IMG/VR virus record: IMGVR_UViG_3300043436_002205
Strand: one strand, 5' to 3'
Length of the DNA stretch: 64,000 nt
DNA from: a virus
Lineage: Duplodnaviria > Heunggongvirae > Uroviricota > Caudoviricetes
Each line of letters opens with the position of its first letter. Position 1 is the stretch's first letter. Below, piece by piece: positions 1 to 7,230 of the stretch. The notes under the pieces were generated by a model that saw nothing but the letters and a program-made list of their open reading frames with translations, had not been told where the DNA came from and did not search any database. Position numbers and translations under genes: made by a program.

Positions 1-459
1 GCAGAAAGCAAAACCTTCCGTTGGATCATCTAGACTGTCAAGTCTCCAATTGTCAAACATTAGACCTTCTACGAAGCATCCTGATCCAAGACGAAAAACA
101 TTTCTTTCTTCAAAACCAGTTTCCGGTCTTATGATAGCACTTCTATGCGCCGAACGTATGATTACATCGTCTGGTACATCTATATGACCTTCCGTTGTGT
201 ACTCACCCGGCCCTATCTCAATAAGAGTAATCTCGCCTACACGATCCCAGGCTGCATCTACAGCTTGTTCTATCGTTGCGAACGCGCTATCCCATGATGT
301 TCCGCTATTTGAGTCGTTACCATTCTTTTGAACGTATACAACATTTCTAACAGGATTATTAGCAAGAAACGTTATAATCGCTTCGTCATTACCCTGCTTT
401 CTCTTAAGAAAGAGATTACCATCAAAGGTGTTAATCGCAAGTTCGCCTAGCTCAAGATC
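1..459 (-). CDS. Tail fibre/tailspike-like structural protein, N-terminal part (runs off the window start; not in the ORF track)
   Basis: Hand translation from ATG at 459: MATTIKHKRSSVSDRVPTVSDLELGELAINTFDG..., a fibre-type N-terminal motif, then VVYVQKNGNDSNSG...IEIGPGEY...ERNVFRLGSGCFVEG. The latter part is clearly similar to the middle of ORF 17889-20453. Confidence 0.75.
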
Positions 460-566
460 GGATACTGTTGGTACTCTATCCGATACAGAGCTTCTCTTAT
501 GTTTTATTGTAGTGGCCATTCTATTCTTCGACTCTTTTCGTTTGGTCGTTTTCTTTATTTATTTAC

Positions 567-875
567 TTAGTATGTGCCGCCGTCAATGACTTGCGCGTTA
601 AGTATATTTGTTGCGATAAACGTCTGTGATGAGGAGTTGTAAACAAGAATTGCGCCGTTTACATTATTGTTTAGATTTACGTCCGCAAGATCCTCAAGTC
701 TTCTTATTACGAGGTTCGATTGGTTTGTAAATATCTTTGGGCGTTCTGTTCCAACTGGAACTGTCGCTTGACCAACGATCACAGGCCCAGATTGGCTTGC
801 GAATACTTTAACATTCTCGCGGCCAATTGGTATAGATGCTTGACCAACTGTTACGTTAATTCTTTCTCTTGCCAT
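567..875 (-). CDS. Small virion structural protein
   Basis: LEDLADV...NGAILVYN motif and C-terminal IDGGTY, both typical of T4-like fibre-associated proteins. Confidence 0.55.
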   Translation of the reverse strand: MARERINVTVGQASIPIGRENVKVFASQSGPVIVGQATVPVGTERPKIFTNQSNLVIRRLEDLADVNLNNNVNGAILVYNSSSQTFIATNILNAQVIDGGTY

Positions 876-878
876 CTA

Positions 879-1217
879 TTATAACCTCGTGACAGTTGGA
901 AGAATAAACATAAGACCCTCTAAAACTTTTGTCCTAGACCCACTTAGATCCACCATGAGTATATCATATGTATATTTTCCAGGATCAAGATCTTCTGTGG
1001 TTTCTGGAGGAATGTATAACTCTATCATACTCGTATTTGCGTTGACGTGAGTCGTGATCTCTGCGTTTGCTACCGCAGATGAAGCGTACAACTTCTTAAT
1101 ATTACAGTAGAAAGACTTATTCGAAACGCTGTAATCCGCGCCTTCGTTAGTCGTTAGATATAGGTCGATTGAATAATCAACACCTTGGTCTACATACAAG
1201 TTTGCGCGAGTTGCCAT
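879..1217 (-). CDS. Conserved T4-like structural protein (likely start MATRANLYVDQG at 1217)
   Basis: NLYVDQG...YTYDILM...KVLEG beta-sandwich pattern; TATAAATA upstream. Confidence 0.55.
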   Translation of the reverse strand: MATRANLYVDQGVDYSIDLYLTTNEGADYSVSNKSFYCNIKKLYASSAVANAEITTHVNANTSMIELYIPPETTEDLDPGKYTYDILMVDLSGSRTKVLEGLMFILPTVTRL

Positions 1218-1241
1218 GTATTCTATCTCCACTTTTGTTTC

Positions 1242-1249
1242 TATTTATA
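1242..1249 (-). promoter_or_regulatory. T4-type late promoter TATAAATA
   Basis: Exact consensus about 25 nt upstream of the 879-1217 gene, right after a terminator. Confidence 0.7.
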
Positions 1250-1273
1250 AAAAGAGGGACTATTCGTCCCTCT
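1249..1273 (-). terminator. Rho-independent terminator
   Basis: AGAGGGAC-5nt-GTCCCTCT hairpin followed by a T-tract on the minus strand. Confidence 0.75.
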
Positions 1274-1308
1274 CAATTCTAAATCACAATGTAGAAGTGG
1301 AAGAAACT

Positions 1309-1608
1309 TTAGTCTTCTTCGTCTGGCTCGACTGGTATGAATGATATGCATATTCTCTGATAGACGTCCAGCATTTCTACCTTTGGCTTTGTCATCATAA
1401 CAATGCTACTTTTATTAAGTTCAACGATTGCTTCTGCAGACAGAATCTGCCAAGGCACGTATCTAAAAACTGGCATGCTTTCTGCATTAAACTTGTATTC
1501 AACAGACATAGGATTGATTAGTTCTATCGTCTTGCTGGTCTCAGATTTTACTTCTGCTATATAAGTCTTATCATTTTGTAAAAAAATAAGTTTGTAGTCA
1601 CCTTTCAT
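1309..1608 (-). CDS. Conserved hypothetical phage protein (Sm-like fold candidate); likely start MKGDYKL
   Basis: AGGAG Shine-Dalgarno before ATG 1608; LINPM...YVPW pattern seen in T4-like phages. Confidence 0.5.
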   Translation of the reverse strand: MKGDYKLIFLQNDKTYIAEVKSETSKTIELINPMSVEYKFNAESMPVFRYVPWQILSAEAIVELNKSSIVMMTKPKVEMLDVYQRICISFIPVEPDEED

Positions 1609-1624
1609 CTTCACTCTCCTCATA

Positions 1625-2296
1625 TTAAAGTTGTTTCCAGAACTCATAGTCTTTTTTATAAAAGTTCAGGACGTTTTCTTTGAGCTCTTCAGATAATGAA
1701 AAATCTTTTATCTTATCATCGTAAAAAGCTCTATCGTATATGTCTTTTACGTTTATATTTATATCCAAACCGACATCTTTTGTTAGAAACTCTACGAACT
1801 CGTCGTTGAACCCGTTTTCAAATTTCCAAACGTAAAAGTCTTCATTAAAAAAATCTACTTGCGGTTTGAACCAATTGTTAAACATATTGGTAAGACCTTT
1901 AAAAATAAAGTATTTTCCCTTAGTTCTTAACGAATACGGTTTTTCTTTCATAACATACTTAAAGTATATAGGGTCGTTCATTAGATGAAAATTTTCATAC
2001 CCACCAAAAAACAATTTCATTGACCACTCAGAATTAACTGTAGATAAGAAACGATCTAGAGGATTTCTAAATATGATGATCTTTTTAGAGTTTTTTAATT
2101 CTCCGTGGATATCTTTGAGTTCTTCGTATGTTATATGCATGTACTCACTATCTTTATAAAAGTGAGTATAAAAAATTTCTTTACACTTTTTGTTTTGTAT
2201 GTAAGAATTCTTCTTGAGTAGACTGATAAAGTGTCGCCCACCATTTCTGGGTATATGCACAAAGCATACGCTCTGGTCGTTCTTTTCAAATATCAA
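1625..2296 (-). CDS. Sulfotransferase-family (Sulfotransfer_2-like) protein
   Basis: 5'PSB-like FVHIPRNGG and 3'PB-like FRNPLDRFLS motifs; terminal FYKKDYE. Confidence 0.7.
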   Translation of the reverse strand: MIFEKNDQSVCFVHIPRNGGRHFISLLKKNSYIQNKKCKEIFYTHFYKDSEYMHITYEELKDIHGELKNSKKIIIFRNPLDRFLSTVNSEWSMKLFFGGYENFHLMNDPIYFKYVMKEKPYSLRTKGKYFIFKGLTNMFNNWFKPQVDFFNEDFYVWKFENGFNDEFVEFLTKDVGLDININVKDIYDRAFYDDKIKDFSLSEELKENVLNFYKKDYEFWKQL

Positions 2297-2306
2297 TTCT
2301 ATCTAC

Positions 2307-2906
2307 TCATTCCAAGTTCATTTCTTTTTTGAACTTATTTAAAACTGCGTCGCTTTCGTGTATCCAAGTCACGATTGCTTCGCGTGTTCCAGATTCTACG
2401 ATCCTAGCTTCATGGTAAAACACGGCTGGAAATATTATGAAGCTTCCGATTTCTTTTGAAAGCTTTGCTATTTCGTTATTATTGTTATCAAACACGACTA
2501 ACTCACCACCACCATAATCATTTTCTTCTGATAGATTAATCGAGCACGTGAGAATTCTTTTTATGTTAGTATCATACAAGGTGTCTTTGTGTTTTTTAAA
2601 GAAGTTACCTTTTTCGTATCTTGCATACTGTATCTCAGCAATATTTGTTAAGTCTATGTAAGAGCATATCGAAGAGTACTCGCTTATTATCGCGGATTGA
2701 AGTATGCTAAATGTGTTAGGATACTTATCGGCTTTTGGAAAGAAGATCGTAGAATTGCGAATACTTGTATCTAGTCTACCCTTGCCAGAACTGGAAAGCT
2801 GTGCATTAAAGCGATCTTCTTTATAAATATTTGCGTCCTTTGACAGTTTTCTTACTTCGTTTCGCGTAAGTTTACCGCTTGCAATATATTTAGAAAAGTT
2901 ATCCAT
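2307..2906 (-). CDS. 2OG-Fe(II) oxygenase (PKHD/prolyl-hydroxylase-like)
   Basis: RYEKGNFFKKHKD (HxD), LTCSINLS...YGGGEL, YHEARIV...REAIVTW (H, R). Confidence 0.85.
   Translation of the reverse strand: MDNFSKYIASGKLTRNEVRKLSKDANIYKEDRFNAQLSSSGKGRLDTSIRNSTIFFPKADKYPNTFSILQSAIISEYSSICSYIDLTNIAEIQYARYEKGNFFKKHKDTLYDTNIKRILTCSINLSEENDYGGGELVVFDNNNNEIAKLSKEIGSFIIFPAVFYHEARIVESGTREAIVTWIHESDAVLNKFKKEMNLE
2822..2829 (+). promoter_or_regulatory. Putative late promoter TATAAATA for the inverted glycosyltransferase, lying inside the 2OG gene
   Basis: Exact consensus about 75 nt upstream of ATG 2905 on +. Confidence 0.55.
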
Positions 2907-3600
2907 GAAGATCTCCCTAGGGACTACTTATTACAACAATCCCGAAAACATAGTAAATTTTATTGATCACCATCTGGAACACGTTGACGAATTAGTCATT
3001 GTAGACGATGGATCCTCTGATATTTATCACATATTGAATTATGTTCAACCGTCAGAAAAACTAAAATTGTATCGTGTCAAAAAGGACTATGGGTTTAATT
3101 CTCACGGGTGCAGAAATCTTATAATGAAAGAGTCATCAAACGAGTTTGTGATACTCTTGGATTCTGATCGAAAGTTAGAAGACCCAGCATATTCTATAGA
3201 ACAGATAAAAAGAAAAACACTAAAAGGGAATCGTCTGTATAGATTTGTGGCGCATTCTTTCAACATAGGAAAGAATGTGCACGAGTCTGTTAACGATTAT
3301 TTAATAAGTAAGACTCACTTCTTTAGTGCCGGTGGATACGATGAGGAATGGATAGGTTATAGAAACGGAGATCGTCAATTCTTTGAGCAACTGAAGTTTT
3401 TTGGCGATGAGAAACTTCTACACGACATTAATATATTACTCTTAAGATCTGCATCCTTAAGATTGGACAATAAAGAGATACGTTCTGAAAATGATTTAAC
3501 GAATCCAAGTAAAAAAGACTACGATGTCGTAATGCAAAGAATGAAAAAGCCGGATCCAAATAAAAAGATAATTACATTTGAATGGGAAAGACTTACTTAA
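2905..3600 (+). CDS. GT-A glycosyltransferase (GT2 / GT7-C-like)
   Basis: LVIVDDGS, GCRNL, LLDSD (DxD), GGYDEEWIGY..GD. Confidence 0.8.
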   Translation: MKISLGTTYYNNPENIVNFIDHHLEHVDELVIVDDGSSDIYHILNYVQPSEKLKLYRVKKDYGFNSHGCRNLIMKESSNEFVILLDSDRKLEDPAYSIEQIKRKTLKGNRLYRFVAHSFNIGKNVHESVNDYLISKTHFFSAGGYDEEWIGYRNGDRQFFEQLKFFGDEKLLHDINILLLRSASLRLDNKEIRSENDLTNPSKKDYDVVMQRMKKPDPNKKIITFEWERLT

Positions 3601-4585
3601 AGTCTCCAAGGTCGAACTTTGTCCCTTTCATCTTATTAATGTCTACTAGGTCGTTGTTCTTCCACACAAGTACTTCGTTATCCTCATACAAGAAATCACA
3701 GTCCTTGCAAAAAGAAACCTCGTCGAATCTTTTTTCGGTATGCATCTGTCGCAACCACTTATATCTATCACCATTCCATACTTCTTCGACAGACTTATTC
3801 TCTAACGATCCTAAATCTGCTTCTGCATCTCTTCCAAGCACTTGACAGCACGGTGCTACAGATAACTTGGTACCGTTGCTTCCACCAGCACGTATAGTGA
3901 TATCGGGTGAGAATGGACGCCCACAGGTTCTCTTCTCTCCCTTTCTCTTATATGTTGGATCGTATACTCCCGACCAGTTATGCATCTTCCATATCTCTGC
4001 GTGCGATCCTACTACGTCAATAAAGTTCTTTCTGTATTCAGAGACTTCGTATTCTTCCTGATCGTTATCGAGTATAAGGTGATAGGATGCTACGATGCAA
4101 TTAGAATTCCTTTCCTTGATGTAGTTCTTCATGTCAATTGCGTTTTGCTTAACCGTATCAAAAGCGTATCGATTCATCCACTTTCTATACATCGCTTGAT
4201 TGTAGCCAATGATCGAGAACCTGGCAAGATCTAACCCAGCATCGACACATTCCTTCATGAAGTCGCCTCGAAGGTTATAACCGTTTGTGTATATGAAAGC
4301 TTTCGCTCCGTACTTTTTTACGATAGCAATGTATTCCGGAAGATTACGATTTAGAGTCGGCTCGCCAGATCCTTCAAGGTTCACAACATTAAGACCTGCT
4401 TCTGCACACTCGGCAACTGCTCTCTCAAAATCTTCGAGAGACATCTTCTTGAGCCAGTCCTTACCTCGTCCACCATGCGTACCGTCAGCATTCGTCTGAG
4501 GACACATCTGACAGGTATAGTTGCAGCCCCCGTTGATCTCTATGACGGCTCTGTCTATATTGAGCGGTATTGAATAATCATTCAT
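3593..4585 (-). CDS. Radical SAM protein with SPASM-type C-terminal domain
   Basis: CNYTCQMC (CxxxCxxC), GSGEP, TCGRPF...APCC...LGSL...WNG...CKDC. Confidence 0.9.
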   Translation of the reverse strand: MNDYSIPLNIDRAVIEINGGCNYTCQMCPQTNADGTHGGRGKDWLKKMSLEDFERAVAECAEAGLNVVNLEGSGEPTLNRNLPEYIAIVKKYGAKAFIYTNGYNLRGDFMKECVDAGLDLARFSIIGYNQAMYRKWMNRYAFDTVKQNAIDMKNYIKERNSNCIVASYHLILDNDQEEYEVSEYRKNFIDVVGSHAEIWKMHNWSGVYDPTYKRKGEKRTCGRPFSPDITIRAGGSNGTKLSVAPCCQVLGRDAEADLGSLENKSVEEVWNGDRYKWLRQMHTEKRFDEVSFCKDCDFLYEDNEVLVWKNNDLVDINKMKGTKFDLGDFK

Positions 4586-4595
4586 TCTATCAACC

Positions 4596-5249
4596 TTATG
4601 GTATCATTACAAAATTATGTTTCTTATATTCGTCTTTGTCGTTTGAATAGTGATCTATCGTTCCGCCATACTTCATTGACATTACCTGGTCTGAAGCTGG
4701 AATAAAGAGATCATGTTTAACATTGACTAACTCTTTCATTCTATTATTTTGAAAGGCAAACTTTTCTATATGAGAGTACGGTCCATTACTTATCTCTACT
4801 CCATACATATGCTCTATTAGATCCTTTGCGAACCAGGGCTGAATGATATAGCTACCCATTGCAGCGCGATCGTAGAATGTAATTCCGTAAAGATTGTTAC
4901 ACCAAAGTTTTGAAGGATCTTGTAATATGCAGTCGTGTTCGAGTATTAGAATAGGTTTGTTCGTAAAGACTGATTCTTGCCAGAGACGAAAATGACTGTA
5001 GAAGCATGCACGTTCTGTTTCGGTTATCTCAACCTTCAATCCTCTTACTACATACTTAGGAGAAGTAGAGTATTTTGCGAACTTTAGGTCTTTCTGTCTG
5101 TGTAACGTCTTTGGTGTTATCGCGTTAAAGCGATTGACTGTGATCCCTACACTTTCCCAACTCGGCTTGCAATAATCGTGATAGTACTCAGACCTTTCGT
5201 CGTTCTCTATCACTATCATAAAACATGATATGTTTTTAAATATATCCAT
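4596..5249 (-). CDS. Glycosyltransferase family 25-like
   Basis: RFNAITP, ERACFYSHFRLW, ILILEHD. Confidence 0.75.
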   Translation of the reverse strand: MDIFKNISCFMIVIENDERSEYYHDYCKPSWESVGITVNRFNAITPKTLHRQKDLKFAKYSTSPKYVVRGLKVEITETERACFYSHFRLWQESVFTNKPILILEHDCILQDPSKLWCNNLYGITFYDRAAMGSYIIQPWFAKDLIEHMYGVEISNGPYSHIEKFAFQNNRMKELVNVKHDLFIPASDQVMSMKYGGTIDHYSNDKDEYKKHNFVMIP

Positions 5250-5955
5250 TTGATTTAAGATCTTTAAGTGGTCCTTGAGATTCTATAGCATGCTTATCGT
5301 AATCGCTATCTGTAATGTACTCCACCATATTAACCCACATGTCTCTATTGTGTATAACAAAGGCGATCGACAATCTGGCTTTCTTAGTTGAAGCTGCATG
5401 CCAGTACACTCTATTCGGTTCCTTGACTTCTGAAGGATAGTATCCGCACTTAACGTTCCAACCTGGCTTGTCATACATATACACTACTTCGTCTTTTTCT
5501 TTATCGTAGTACTTAAAGTGCCCATCGCCGTCCTGGCTATATGAGAACAATACATTATATCCTGGAGCGTTACCGTTATGATGCCACCCGATGTAACCGT
5601 CGTCAGGATACAACATACATAGCGCGTTTTGTGCAGACCCAACGGTGTTCTGAAGACGCATTAACTTTTTTGCCACTAATTCGTGAAAGAAACTACTTTT
5701 ATCAATGTCAGTACTTATGGTTCCTATACCTAACGCAGCTCTAGGATACGCAAAATCTTTTAATGGGTACTTTAATGCTTTTCTAAAATATGCATCGTCT
5801 ACAGAATGTAAATCTGTAATTAGATTATCTTTTTTTTCTTTACGTCTAGCTTCTTCAGATAGTCTTTTTATATTTTCTTCTTTAAAGACATCTTCAGTTA
5901 TACCAGATAGAATTTTCGTCAGTCTTTGACTTTTTAGGCAAACTTCTTTCATCAT
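5236..5955 (-). CDS. Cupin/2OG-Fe(II) oxygenase-like hypothetical protein
   Basis: YIGWHHN...YWHAAST...RLSIAF spacing resembles the double-stranded beta-helix metal site. Confidence 0.5.
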   Translation of the reverse strand: MMKEVCLKSQRLTKILSGITEDVFKEENIKRLSEEARRKEKKDNLITDLHSVDDAYFRKALKYPLKDFAYPRAALGIGTISTDIDKSSFFHELVAKKLMRLQNTVGSAQNALCMLYPDDGYIGWHHNGNAPGYNVLFSYSQDGDGHFKYYDKEKDEVVYMYDKPGWNVKCGYYPSEVKEPNRVYWHAASTKKARLSIAFVIHNRDMWVNMVEYITDSDYDKHAIESQGPLKDLKSNGYI

Positions 5956-6721
5956 TCAATCCCTTCTGTAGTCTTTCATAAAAATGTGTCATATCCTTAG
6001 ATCTCATGGATACCTTATCTATCTGATATACGATCGGACGTTTTCCATCGTATAGATCCTTTCCATCGTGTATCGTAGCGTTGTACACCTTTGGGCCTAT
6101 CTTTATATTTAAGTTGTTAAATCGTTCAAACTCTTTCCATCTGCCGGAAGTTAGTCTCCAAAGAGTAAACATATCAAATATTTTCCAATCGGGCCAAGCG
6201 AAGTCGTATGTCCACGGTTCGGTTCTTTGTTTTAGATATTCATCGAACCACGTCTGCATAAAATCTATCGTTAGGTCTGTCTTTCTGTAACCGCAGACCG
6301 CACCATGATACTTTACTGGTATCTTTTGTTCCTTATCAAAGAAAGACCACTTATAGTTACCGGTTGTATACCAGTAACTCTCTGTGAAGAACATGTCGCA
6401 GTCTTTAATCTCGTCGAATACGTTCTTTATCTTACTGCTTACGATCTGCGAGTCTACGTCGTTGTAGAATGTATTCTCGTATGGAGTCCTTGCCATACAC
6501 CACATCTTTGCTCGCTCGTGAACCGGAATGCCGGTGATCACGTTATTAAAAATCTCTCTTGCTCTATCGTCAACCCAAGCTTCGTGAGTAAAGAGAGTTA
6601 TGTGAGCGTTTCTATGCATTGTTCGAAGAGACTCTCCGGACAGCATGGCGAGTTCATAGAATAGTTTTTCTTTTGAAGCAACGTATATGAAACCATTTTC
6701 ACTTTTTTCTACATCATTCAT
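5894..6721 (-). CDS. Nucleotide-diphospho-sugar transferase (GT-A, GT8-like)
   Basis: GFIYVAS...AKMWCMARTPYENTFYNDVDS (DxD) motif. Confidence 0.6.
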   Translation of the reverse strand: MNDVEKSENGFIYVASKEKLFYELAMLSGESLRTMHRNAHITLFTHEAWVDDRAREIFNNVITGIPVHERAKMWCMARTPYENTFYNDVDSQIVSSKIKNVFDEIKDCDMFFTESYWYTTGNYKWSFFDKEQKIPVKYHGAVCGYRKTDLTIDFMQTWFDEYLKQRTEPWTYDFAWPDWKIFDMFTLWRLTSGRWKEFERFNNLNIKIGPKVYNATIHDGKDLYDGKRPIVYQIDKVSMRSKDMTHFYERLQKGLNDERSLPKKSKTDENSIWYN

Positions 6722-6735
6722 AAATCAATCTCATT

Positions 6736-7227
6736 TCAAGTTGTTTCGGCTTCTTCCTCGAGATCATCTAGGTAGTCTAGATAATCGTTGTAGTCCATAC
6801 CCTGATTTTCCATAAACTTTCTCGTGATATCTGTAACAATAAAGTCTAATACAGCTTTCGTTGGCGCTCTTCGTATTGCAGATTTTATATCTGTTCCTGC
6901 GTCACGAATAAATGGAAGTTCTAGGACTTTTGTTTTTTCGTTGAAAAGAGTCTTAAGCTCTATGACTTTCTCTTGAGTCCTTCTCTTTTCGTCGGCGTGC
7001 TTTTTATGATTTCTCTGTTCCGCTTCGATGCGGTTTCTTTTCTGACGCATTTCTTCGATATCAAATTCATCAACGATTCGATCCCAATACTTATTCACGC
7101 CTTTTCTTTTATTATTCGGAACAGTAAGTTCAGCAACGCTTTCGATTCCATCTTCACGTATTATCTTAAATCTTACTCTCGTCTTTTCCAAGTCTACATA
7201 TTCAGGGTTTAGTATTTTTTCAACCAT
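6736..7227 (-). CDS. Hypothetical protein, charged/coiled-coil
   Basis: 163-aa ORF packed in the operon; no family recognised. Confidence 0.5.
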   Translation of the reverse strand: MVEKILNPEYVDLEKTRVRFKIIREDGIESVAELTVPNNKRKGVNKYWDRIVDEFDIEEMRQKRNRIEAEQRNHKKHADEKRRTQEKVIELKTLFNEKTKVLELPFIRDAGTDIKSAIRRAPTKAVLDFIVTDITRKFMENQGMDYNDYLDYLDDLEEEAETT

Positions 7228-7230
7228 AAT

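Noticed and set aside
1-459. Diversity-generating retroelement, suspected from the tropism-protein-like N-terminus
   Set aside because: No reverse transcriptase or TR/VR repeat pair is seen in the window.
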